A stretch of 48,200 nucleotides of DNA. Origin: Sarea resinae. Lineage: Eukaryota. A program made the translations under genes and the position numbers. Where the stretch lies: the NCBI GenBank assembly GCA_026026165.1, contig JAPEUD010000115.1, positions 1 through 48,200 on the forward strand. Reading direction: 5' to 3'. The notes under the pieces are model-generated. The model was not told the DNA's origin. It ran no database searches and saw nothing but the letters and a program-made list of their open reading frames with translations. Positions 24,001 to 35,464 of the stretch are shown here, piece by piece. The stretch's first letter is position 1, and each line of letters starts with the position of its first letter.

Positions 24001-25545
24001 GATCAAGCTCAGCGCAATCAGAATAGCGACCAGCATGATAATCTGTGTGTTAACCATGCGCTCAACTGCAGTTGTCTTGATGGGTGTGGCGGTTGCATTC
24101 CTCATAAGCTTCGTCTCGTGCCCTGTGAAAACAACCACTCCGTGTACCCAAGGGGTGTTTCGAAGAACGGCGCCTCGAAGCAGCAGTTGGTCAGGCTGTA
24201 ATGGTAGCTCTTTCTCGCCTCCGCCAGCTTGCATGGTGAGAGTTGCCTCGTACGTGTAAAGGCTGCTATTTGGCTGCTCTGACCGAACCCTTCCACCTAA
24301 CCGGCTCAACTCAGTCGGACTGACTAAGTCCGCGGTTTCTGGAATAGCTTGCTTGATCTTAAGGTTCGTCTCTCCATCAAGATTAGCGGTCTCGATGTAA
24401 CATAAACCTTCGGGCTCAGAACTGGCCAGTAGGACGAGATCTGCCGGGAACGGCTCTTCCGACTCGACCCTGACAATATCGCCGACAGACACGTTGATCC
24501 ACTTCGTGTCCTCAAAGCCCGACCCTCGGAGCACCCTTGCTTTTGAGTGGTTCAGCGATTGATCCGAACTCTTTCTCTTATAATCTTCTATTAACTCCTT
24601 ACCGGCCGAAACCAGCAACACAATGACCAGGGGTCCAATGGTGGTATATCGATTCGTTGGGGAAATGTTGGGTATCTGTTGCAGTATAGCGGTAAACAAG
24701 AAAAAGAGATTGGCGTATTTGGAGAATTGCTCGTAGAAGAATTTGGGTATGAATGTCGCAACATTGTATTTGGCGGTCGAGACATGATTGTCGACGTATT
24801 TGTTCGCCGAATTTGCTGGCGGGTTATTCAGATGGATGATGCGCGGACCCAGCGTTGATGGGTCTGGCTTTCCTCTCCCGAAGCCGAACTTGAACTTGCC
24901 CGAATCACGCTTCTTAGGCCTCACTGGCTCCTCGACATCGTGTACAGTTTCCGGTGCCAGTCGTGTTTCTCGCGCGCCAGCTTCTGTCAGAGGCAGATCC
25001 ATCTCCGAGTACTCAGGCCCCATCCCAAGCATATTCTTCGCCTTGCCCATCAACCCTCCTCCCAAGCTCAATATGCTGTTCCGATCCCGGGCCATTCTGG
25101 CGTCCGCCGAAGGGCTAGCCTCAATATGCTGATCTGCCACGCCCCCCGTATTGTAATAGCCCTGCATTGATCGGTCATCTTCTGGGAAGTCGTCAATGTC
25201 CGAGTAACGAGAATAGTTATTCAGTTCTGAGGTTTGCGAATAATTCCGATTCTCTGAGGAGGCCAGGTATGGCTGTTGTACGTGCGGGATGGGCTGCTGG
25301 CCCGGCCCACCTGGTAGGCCCGCCGTTGGCCTTGCACCGCCCACGAATTCATCATATGAGGTTGAAGGGCGACGGCCGAGATCAGTGTCGCTGTCGTTAA
25401 TGTCATAGCGTCGCAGTAAGTTCTCGTCGTTGACCGGCGGAGGCTGACCGGAGCTGTACGTTGGCTGATTCAAATCATCCAGGTCGAGGAGTAGATCATC
25501 GGTCGTGGCTGCGGCGCCTCGAGCACCGGGGGCTCTGCCAGCCAT
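21080..25545 (-). CDS. DRS2: P4-ATPase phospholipid flippase Drs2
   Basis: TAKYN, LQQIP, DGET, PISL, phosphorylation motif [24 protein letters not shown] and the C-terminal autoinhibitory GYAFS motif. Exons about 25545-22610, 22560-22257, 22203-21618, 21530-21447 and 21318-21080. Confidence 0.95.
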
Positions 25546-26542
25546 GGTGAAGGGTGGCAGAGGCCGGTCAGAACCGATATCGTGAGGAAGCAGCCGACTT
25601 CATCCAGACGAGGGGAGATGTCCTTCTTGGAGATGTGTTATTGACAGTGCGCGCGTCTGCTGGTTGTGCAATATGAAGGCCCTAGGGTTTTCAAAAGTCT
25701 CGTATGCAGGCGCTGACTGTGAAGCATAGCCTCGTATCCATAGACGGTTTGGAGGTTTCGTATGTCAAATGATGTCTAGCTCTGTACACCTTAGACACCA
25801 TCGACTCTACTTCAGGTATAGAACAGCAGTAGTGTAGGAGACCTACTTCGTACATGCTCTACACGAGATATCTCGATGTCTCAGTCTTGACCGTCTGCCA
25901 GCAAGACGCCAAGTCATTGACGAGGAAGAGGGAAATTTCAACATGCAGAGATGCTAGTCTCATTCATGCCTTCATTTCACTGATCACCGATCTTCGCGGT
26001 TATTCTCAATCTGGGCTGATGCGCAGATGGTCTAAGCTCTTTGAAGTCTCGAGTACTACTCCTTATCCTCCGTTTCTTTTTTTTGGCTCCCCATTGATGA
26101 GTCCTTTCCGTTATGATTCTGGGGTTTAGCATGCAAGCATCATCACAGTAGCCAGGATTCAGTCGATATTTGATGGAACGTAATGCTTCAATAAGAGGAC
26201 CCCTAATTTGCAAACATCATTCATTGTCTTCCCCGCTCGAACAGAGTCATCTTCTAAAATACCAACAACGGCGCACCCCTTCCCTGTCAGACGCCGTACC
26301 TGATACAGCCGCCTACTGGCCAACCACGCAACTGATATGATGATATGGAGCTGGAGTGCTTATCACAGCCACCACTTCGAGCGTGCCCATCTTCATAGAC
26401 CGGCATCACTGTCAACCGTCACCAGAACTTGCCCGCGCCACAATCATCAAACTTGATAGCGGGTCTTCCATCGCAAGACCTCACTCCATAATCTTCTCCA
26501 TCAATTTTCCAAACAAGGCCCCTTGGATCTCGCATCGCAGCA

Positions 26543-27027
26543 ATGGTCTGCGCCAAATGCGCTCGTCTTACCGGTCCCACGAACCTAGCCACACCGGCCC
26601 CCAAGCGGAAAAACGAGTTGTATCACGGCTCGCCCTCCTCCAGCGCATCCTCTAAGAAGACGACATCCGCAACACAGGGCCAGAACGGCATCGGCAAATC
26701 CAAACTGCTATCGAAGAACGCAAAGAATCCCTATGCGCAATACGCGAGTAACTGTACGACGTGCAAGACCAAGACGGAGAAAGGATGGAGCTATTGCTTG
26801 CGATGCGCTTATAAGGCCAATGGTAAGCTTGTCTCTGGACCAATAGGTGGAACACTTCTGCTGCGTTTGGCCGAAGGAGTGCTGGGGCTGCATTGGCTAA
26901 TTGATTCTCCGGCGCGTTAACAGCATGCGCCATGTGTGGCAAGGGCCTGAAGAAGAAAGAAAAGAAGGTCGAGGGAGATGGAGGGCAAGAAGTTGCCATT
27001 GAAGGGCGGCGATTCAGCGCTAAGTGA
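26543..27027 (+). CDS. CRIPT-like cysteine-rich PDZ-binding protein
   Basis: MVCAKC...LATP...GIGKSKLLSKNAKNPYAQY..CTTCK....YCLRCAYKAN|ACAMCGK; intron 26823-26923. Confidence 0.88.
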
Positions 27028-27319
27028 AGCGCATGTTTGTCGGATAACTTAGGATGTCACAGGATGGGACGGTGTGAGCGGGATGGAATGATGAAACTCT
27101 TCACAATGCATTGGGCGGAGTTTGACCATACGCCTGGAAAGGGCGTTGGAATGGTAATGGGTGTACACTTTTATGATACAGAAATACGATAAATTAGATC
27201 TTCGGACTGGGTGTTGTCCCCATCGCCACCTTATGATACACATCCCCTTTCACTTCTCATCTTCAAACCCAGCAACCCTTAGCTCACAACTCATGATATA
27301 CAGCTCTCGACCCACAAGA

Positions 27320-28555
27320 TCACCGCTCCGTCAACATGTTCCTGACAGCGCTCCAGTACCTCTGACTGACAACTTTCTCAATCTCCTCCTTCGCCAACCA
27401 CTTATAGTCGACAAGCCCGAACTTATTCTCCTTGAGGTTCGCCTGACCCGCCATGATTCGAGCCTTCATGAAGAACGTCTTGGCGCCATGCTCTTCGACG
27501 CCGGGCTTTGCGGTGCTGGCTATCGGTTTCGGAAACCTGAGGTTGTAGTGGCCGATTGGGGCGTGGCCGACGACCCAAGTGTTCATGTTCACGCCGCCAG
27601 TTTGCACAAGGATTCTCTCAGCGGCCTATAGATTCAGAGCAGTTAGACATAGCACACGAAAAAGAAGACGAGTTGAGGGAATGGCCGGAGAGGCGAAAGA
27701 AAATATGTATGAGAGCGGCGAAATTGTCGTAGAAGCGTACGTACCTGGTGCAAATTCTCCTTTCCAATGAGCTGCGCATTGGGGAACGTCCATTTGCCTT
27801 GCTTGCTCTTCACAAGAAGATACAGCGAACGCTGCAACATCCTGTCCATGCTCCTGAGATCATTCTTCTTATCCGCCTCGGTGACCCTCGGCATAGGCCG
27901 CTCAACCTGCTCTCTGTTCGCTTCGCCCATCTCGCCGGATCCAACGCCAGGTACCTCGGCATCCTTCAAAAGCGCCTCAGCCTGGTGTTCCGGCTCGCTT
28001 TCCTGTGCTCCAACGAGGAGTTCGTCGTTCCATCCATCCACGGAATAGGGATTGTAAACACCAATGTCACGGGCTGGAGTCTGACGCTCCTTCATCTTAC
28101 GCTTCCATTCCAGATCGGCAGGCGTGTCCTTTTTGAAATAGAAGTAGCGAGTGAATGGAAGAGCGAGCCGCTCGTTCAGCCGGCGTTGGTAGAGGAAGTA
28201 TGCTTTTTCGAAGGAGGTCAGATCACGGGTGATGACTGGGGGTCGGGAGAGAACGACGCCCGCTTTGATCTGGTAGGCTGGCTGAGGTGCAGAAGCTGAG
28301 GTCACCGGCGGGACATGAGAGAGAGTAGTGGGCGCCTCGACGGCTTCAGTTGCGGTCGCGGCAGAGGCGGAGGCATAGTGCCGTCGGGATATTGTCTCTT
28401 GGCAGGATTTGCAGATATTTGGGTCTTTGGTAGATCGCCCTGAGCACGAGACGATAAGTTAGCCAATGCTACAGTCCGGAAGGAACGGTGCTGTGCTTGA
28501 TAGACGTACTCAGCAGCAAGGCGAATTGCTTCGCATTGCTGGGCCGTGCAGTCAT
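27320..28555 (-). CDS. Mitochondrial large-subunit ribosomal protein mL46 (yeast MrpL17-like)
   Basis: GVVLSRPPVITRDLTSFEKAYFLYQRRL, PRVTEAD..NDLRSMDR.LQRSLYLLVK, W.FP, ENLHQ|AAERIL and NMNTWVVG; presequence-like N-terminus; introns about 28509-28440 and 27744-27625. Confidence 0.88.
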
Positions 28556-30119
28556 GGTGGAGAGATGGCCGCTGTGGTGTCGGTGGCTTCGATTTCTGGA
28601 CCGAAGCTCTCTCTGTCTCTCTCTCTCTCCGAGCCTCTCTGCCTTCCCATAAAATCGCGAAAGTCACTGCATCTCGTTCGCCAAGCATCAGCATCCACGC
28701 TAGACCGCTTTGAGCCTCTCGCCTGTCCTTCGTGCTGCCTTACGTATAAAAGTCTCGACTTCTCCCCGACTGCCAATTTCTTCTCTTTCTTCTCATCATG
28801 GCACCTATCCTTATCGTCAATTGCCCAGACATCTCGACGGCCTATTGACCATTTACTGGTGCCCAGATGACATCTTGCAGTCTTTTTCGCTAGCAGTACC
28901 TTCTCATATCAAGGTGTACCGTTAGATAGATCCTGCGGAAATATTCGAATACTTTACTACTTTCTGTCGATAAATTGGAAAACATTTCACTTCACTCTAG
29001 CCTTGATTCAGTCTATACAATAGAATTGATCTCAGATCCTCGAATTTGAATTATTCTCGCATTCTTCTCCTCTAATGCCCTATAGGCTCCCCGAACGTGA
29101 TGATTTGGCGGATTCCGACGTGTGCTTGCTTAACGAGTCCACTATCAGCAGATGCACCGCCAATTCATACCACGAATTAGAAGACTGGCTCCTGATCTGG
29201 TAGGCTCGGCTCTCTCTTCGTAGGTCTCTTTATTCGCATCAATTCATGGCCAAGTCAGGTTCACCTTCTTCCCATCGCATCCGCCCGGTCTACCAAAATA
29301 TCTCACTCATCCCGCACAAACATCATCCAGCCGCAAAAGAGGAGATTCCAGAATACGAGAGGTCGAAAAGCCCAGCGCCATAGATACGAACGCTTCAGTC
29401 AACCGCTCTGGTTGGCTTTTGGAGTAGAGAGGGAATTTTCGAAGCCACGCAGAAGAGGATCCTGGGCAAGCGAACTAGCCAATGTGGATAGAAGGAGAAA
29501 GCTGATTGAAATCAGAGGCAGGATCGAGAAGAACAAAAAGCAGGACAAAGCAGGACAAAATTAGAGCAAGCCTCCCATACTAGTGATGCGTTCATTTCAT
29601 TTCGTTTCGTTTCATATTACGCCCCAGCAGAGCGCCCCGCCCTGAAGTTTCCAGGCCTCTTTGGTATACCGAACCGAACCGATACCGAAAGGATGAGGCA
29701 AGAAGAAGCCAAAGAAAAAAGTAAGTCGCAGGTCCCTTCGTTTGAGTTTCTGTGCCAAAATAACGCTTCCATTATGACGAGCATCAAGGAATGGACACAT
29801 AGTGCGTCCGTTGTGTGATGAGACTGGAATCGACTAGGATAAGCAGAGACCGAAATCAGAAGCATTTTAGCAGTCGTTCAAGCGCATAGGCGACATCCTG
29901 GTCGGATCGAGACATAGGGAGCCGGTGAACATCAGTCAGAGAAATGAGCATGACGAGAACATGTGTTCACTGCGGCCCTCCGATGATGGTTGGGAAATCT
30001 CGAGTATGGGCTTCATTCGGAGATTTTAGAAGTTGTCGCCTCATGTGCGTGCACGACCTTTGGACACTTGCAACAGAAATGGAGATATCTCAAGTGCACG
30101 ATGAGTCCATTTCTGGCTT

Positions 30120-31787
30120 TCAAAAATCACTGAACAGGTGACCGTGTCTGCCAAGTAGTCAGTGATACTGTATGAGTCAATTGTTCGGCGTGACAAGGAC
30201 GTACGTATCATCACCCATTGAGCCATACTCCTCAGTTTCTTCTGGATATTTATCGAACTGGCTGGCATCTCCAACCCCTCCTCGCACTGGAGGAACGTAC
30301 GGAGCATCTATGTCTCTCTTGGCAAGTCTCTCCCAAGTCACTTCTTGAAACCACGGATGTCGCATGACATCCTTAGAGCCCCCGTGAAGATTGCCAAGCC
30401 TCTTGGTCAAGTCAGGGGTGATGAGCTGCTGGAGGAGATTTTGCGCATCTGGATGAATATACGGAGGGTATTTAACACGGCCTTTGAGAATGTTCTCATA
30501 GATTTTCATCGGTGAGCCACCATCCCAGAATGGCGTGAAGCCGCAGAGCATTTCAAAAATAAGGATACCCAACGACCACCTATTCACATTGTCAACTCAT
30601 GCAGAGATACGTTAGACAGGGAAATTAGGTTCCTACCAATCAACAGACTTGTTATAACCTTTAGAGGCTACCACCTCTGGTGCAAGATAGTCCGGGGTAC
30701 CGCATAGAGTCCAAGTGATGTCCGGCACTTCTTTAGCGAAGCCAAAGTCTGTGATTTTAAGATGACCATGCCGGTCAAGTAACAGGTTTTCGGGCTTCAG
30801 GTCGCGATATATTATGTGCATCGAATGTAGATAATCCAGGGCGAGCGTGACCTCGGCAGCGTAGAATTTTGCCACGGGATTTGGGAATCTCTTTTCTTCA
30901 AGTGAGTCCATGAACTCATAAATGGAATAGTACGCGGAGTACACGGAATAATCTTCGTCACCCACCTGAGACTTTCTTAACAGACTAAAGAGCTCACCGC
31001 CCTCCACGAAGTCCATTACCATGTAGAGATTCTTTGAATCCTGGAATGTTCCCCAAAGCGTGACCAAAAATGGGTGTTTGACCTTGCTTAGCATGCGCCG
31101 CTCGTCATTTGTATGTTCAACCTGTTTCATCTTGACGACCTGCTGTTTCTTCAGCACCTTGACAGCATAGAATCGCTGATTGTGTTTCGATTGGACCAAA
31201 TGCACTCGTCCAAAACTACCCGTTCCCAATGTTCGCTGGATGCTGAAGTCACCTAAAGAATATTTTCCTCTCGTTACACGAGCCGCCTGAATCTGACTTG
31301 AGGTATTGTGGATCGCAGATGACCCCGTGACGCCTGCCATATTGCCTTGTCCCTCCATCTGGCCTTGACCCGTTGCTTGATAGGGTGTAGACGACCCATC
31401 ATTCTGGGGGAGGTTGATCAAATTATTGATACTTGGAATATTCTGCTGATAACTCCGTGAATTTGCAATATCCGGGTTAGTGTGGGGGGAAGCGCCGGCA
31501 AGACTGTCCTGCGGCGGAAGAGAAGCCCCCTGCGGCAGGGACCCCTGCTCGACCAAGGGCATGGACTCGTTTGTCGTAGTTGAGCTTAAGGGTCGTCCTT
31601 TTTCCGAGCGAGCCTGCGAGCTCGACGCTTGAGAAGATGAGGAAGCGATTGAACTCTTGAAGCTCTTCGAGGTGGTGGGGGTAATGGGAATTGGCGGATC
31701 GTTGGTCGGAGACGTTGCAAGATTGGGGTCGTTCGGATTTGACGAATCCTTCGTCCTCTTTTTCTTCAGGAACCCAAGAGACGGCAT
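30120..31787 (-). CDS. pkaA: cAMP-dependent protein kinase catalytic subunit
   Basis: [68 protein letters not shown] and C-terminal FSDF*. Introns 30965-30891, about 30636-30580 and about 30205-30148. Confidence 0.95.
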
Positions 31788-32338
31788 AAAAGCGGCCCCA
31801 AGGGTTTACCCCCAGTTTGGCTGATGCAGATTCTTTGCTATTTTCCGATTGCCAATGGCAGGGCCCTCGAGTACCTGGTGAATAGAGCTCGTCCTCGAGT
31901 CAGTTCCACGAGAACCTCATCCAAAGCTAGCTCTTTGCGATCGCAAAATGCCGCGCACGGTGCCGCACGGTATGTTTTGGCAAAGCACGTACGGCCTGAA
32001 GTTGGGATCTGAAAGTGACCTGTTGTCGAGGTGCCGACCAGTGTGTCTGAAGTGAGACCTCGGTAGGCGGCCAAGACTCGGCGCAGAGCTGAAGCGGAGA
32101 AGTGGCGTAGCAAGTGTAGCAAGTCGTATTTCGAACCAACAAGGCGAGGTACTAGGTCGGTAGGTAGGGGAGATTGGACGTAAGAGGTCGAGATATCAAC
32201 GCAATGAGGGACGAGCAATTGATATCCGGTCGAGGGTGAGGTGAGTGAAGAATAAAAGGAAGCAGATGAACGAGAGGAGCGTATGAGGAGAAGAGAGACA
32301 GAGAGAGCTCGGGACTGACGTGAGGACGAGGATGAACG

Positions 32339-32463
32339 TGAGGGTGAGGGTGAGGGTGAGCGAGGGTGCAGGTAGGTGCAGGTGCAAGTGCCAGTGCCAG
32401 TGCAAGTGCAAGTGCAAGTGCAGGTGCAGGTGCAGTGCCAGGTGCGGGTGCGGGTGCGGGTGA
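32339..32463. repeat. Degenerate hexamer arrays (GAGGGT)n and (GTGCNN)n upstream of PKA
   Basis: About 16 GTGCAG/GTGCAA/GTGCCA/GTGCGG units, read directly. Confidence 0.85.
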
Positions 32464-32903
32464 AGCGACAGTCGGTGTTGAAGCTTGAGGTCAACTCAAC
32501 GAGGGGCACCTCCAGCTAGCCGAATCAGGACAAGGCAGTACTCATAGTAACCACTGCGACCTGGAACCTGGAACTCGACCGAAACCTCGACTCCTCACGG
32601 CATCCATGCACCGCACCTAACTTCGTACAGAGAGACTGCGTCGTAGACGGATACCGACCATGTGAGGCATTGATGTAGTAGCTTTGAAAAGGGTCTCATC
32701 ATGGCAGATACGAATGGAACTGAGTGCACCACCTACGTTGTCATCCTCCTCAAGCATATCGTGCCCAGGTCGAATCAGATGCCAGAGAGGGCCGTGCTTT
32801 TTACTATACAGACCGACGGAACAGAATTGCAATGCTCGCTCAAAGGAAACAATCATCCCCGTGCCTCCCTGACCCCTTGCCCCACTGCACAGAGTGCAGC
32901 CAC

Positions 32904-34172
32904 CTAGAATCGAGACGATCTCTTCGATTGTTTGTACTTGAGATAGCCCCCATACCCTCCAACACATGCGCCAAAGAAGAGTACAAGCTTGAAAAAGAAC
33001 CATACCCAACCGCCTTTTCGGCGACTCGCATCGTACCCCTTGCTCTTTCCCTTTGGGTTCTTTGGATCACCAGGTCTCCCTCGCCCTGCATCAAATCTGG
33101 TCTTGGTGAACAGATTCTTGGAGTCGACCCTGATGATGTCGTGGTTATCGCTGAGTTCTCCTGTTTCGGCGCTGAATCCAAGATAGGCCACGGAGGGAAT
33201 CGATACGTTAGGGACATCGAAGCAGTTTGTCCACTCGCCTTCGGCCTTGTATTGCAAATCAACGACCAGATTTTGGTCCTGGAAATAGGTTATTCGCATC
33301 TTGGTCGGTACACTTGCGCCTCGAAGGCCACGAGCCTGAAATTGATTAGCATAGGTTCAACGATATCCGAATATGTTTAGACTGTACGCACCGAGCATCC
33401 AGCAAGTTCGTTTGTCTTCCCATCATGCGCTTGATCATACGTGGTCTGTCCATCACCCAGCATCGCCATGACATAGGGGAACACTATGCCTGGGCGGTTG
33501 TTCTTGTACGTATCAATGAAGATCCCAAGGCCTTCGAAGCGGTCTGTAGAGCCAAAGACAGTACCAGGACTTGACCTCTGCTTCGTCAACCATATTGCCA
33601 TGCCATCGCCGAAGAGGTTACCCTCGCCATGTATCTTGAATTCAATCTCGACCTGCTTGAGATTAGTGACCGCGGCCAGGCGCTGGTGACAACGGAGTGC
33701 ACACCTCCCAATTCGTGGCTGTCAAAGGAACCCAAGAAAAGAGCCAGCCTTGCTGAGACGGTCGATCGGAAGTTAATCGAATATATCTAAGTCTGATCAG
33801 CAGATGCTAGAGAATCACCATAGAAAGGTCCAAACCCACTGATCGGTTCGTATTATCGTATCGCCTCCGAATTCAAACCACCGACTTTGCATGTCCGAAT
33901 CCAAGTACGGCTAAGCCATTCTCACTTCGTCAGTCATCCACAAAGTCCTCGCGACAGGGGGGAGCATGGCCACGGCCACCCGCTTACTGACCTGTACCAA
34001 ACTATGCGTTCGCAGCTGTCCTCCATGTTCGTATTAGCATTCGCCGAATAATTGGTAAAGGGACAGCACCCACCCGAACAGTCTTGATATCCTCCGCATT
34101 TCGATCGTCCGCGCGAACGGCGACAACGCTGGCCAAAAGCCACAGCAAGGATACCAGCCGTGGCAGCAACAT
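32904..34172 (-). CDS. L-type lectin cargo receptor (VIP36/ERGIC-53/Emp46-47-like), type I membrane protein
   Basis: Signal peptide MLLPRLVSLLWLLASVVAVRA, YIRLTSDR, FGDGMAIWLT, GLGIFIDTYKN, YLGFSAETGELSDNHDII, C-terminal TM and a short basic tail; five introns. Confidence 0.9.
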
Positions 34173-34728
34173 GACGGCCAGGAAATGCCTTGGTTTTCCA
34201 ATATACAGCAATCCACCGCTATAAGGTCGGGTCTGTGCTTCCACAATTTCCCATGGACCAGGCCGTAGAGGCGCTCCGAAAAGGCAGGACGTGTCGCTTT
34301 GAGGATCGATTGCCAGTCTTTGGTCTCGAAGTTGCTCTCGTGTCAAGAAGGGCAACTAGGTATGCAACGGCCAGCTGGAGGCATATCCCTTGACTGTATT
34401 GAGGTACTACATCCTAGGTACTCCGGAGTAAGGTAGAGAGCGGAACGCAGAGTACTATGTATACCACGTCGGGGTACCACATCCGAGTACAACCTCCAAG
34501 TACCGCGAGCAAGTGCAAGCGGATGGGAACCTGAAGCTTGTAGCCCGGTTGTCTTCGACAAATCTATGATCGCCGTGACGAACTGGACTTCTACAGCAAT
34601 TCAAAAAACAATTCTGCTCTCCAGACACCTACACACGCAGACACTCGCAACTCTCAAAGCTCCGCACTCAGTATTCCCACCACAGCTCCCCAGATCAGTC
34701 TCTCTCCTACGCATCGCACCACCTCATC

Positions 34729-35091
34729 ATGGACGCCCTCAACACAGACAACTTCGGCGGCAGCTCCGACCCCAAGACCAGACTCATGAACCAAATCAGA
34801 CAAGAATCCGCTGTGTCGAACGCTCGGCAATTAATAGAAGTAGGACCGAATTCTTTCCTCCCCTCATACATCCTCAGCTAATGCTGGGCAATTCTTCAGA
34901 AAATTAATGAACACTGCTTCGAGAAATGCGTCCCAAAGCCCGGCTCGACGTTCACAAAGGGAGAGGAGACCTGCTTCACGCAATGCATGGAGAAGTACAT
35001 GGCTTCATGGAACACGGTATCGAGACAGTATGTTGCTCGGATCCAAAAGGAGCAAACCGCCTCTGGCGGGGGTGTGCCGGGTGTCTTCTAG
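34729..35091 (+). CDS. TIM13: Mitochondrial intermembrane-space small Tim chaperone
   Basis: Not in the ORF track. MDALNTDNFGGSSDPKTRLMNQIRQESAVSNARQLIE|KINEHCFEKCVPKPG...TCFTQCMEKYMASWNTVSRQYVARIQ, with a twin CX3C motif; intron 34840-34899. Confidence 0.92.
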
Positions 35092-35464
35092 GGTCTTGAT
35101 CTTGAAGGGCGAAGGGGGAACCTGAGGGAAGGGGATACCGGAACACTGTTGTTGTACGATAAAAGGATTCGGACTGCCATAAATGAGGGCCAGGATGTGT
35201 GCCTAGCTCATTGGAAGAGATATTGAGCATGACTGCCCCATGGGCGCTTGTTGCTCGTGGATCTTAGAAGAATTTCCATCACGTTCTCGCCGATAGACGT
35301 GCTATTCGTTCTATGTACTATACATACAGCTGGCTTGGAAGCAATTCTACTCTACAAACCCAACGGAATAATAAATAAACCTCGCTATGCAGTCGCTCGC
35401 GTCTGAAACTGGGAGCATTCCCATCATCACTAACGGACGGTTGATGCTGTCGAATGGGCCTCCT

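Noticed and set aside
26094..26200. TGATGAGTCC...GGAC, resembling a hammerhead ribozyme or C/D snoRNA
   Set aside because: The core is TTGATGA rather than CTGATGA, there is no GAAA after stem II, and no suitably placed D box or terminal stem.
31838..32509. 223-aa ORF with CTCTC/SPSPS repeats upstream of PKA
   Set aside because: GTG start, kept open by hexamer repeats, and no domain; likely promoter or leader sequence.
35200..35250. TAGCTCATTGG, similar to a tRNA A-box
   Set aside because: No T-arm GTTCRA and no cloverleaf.
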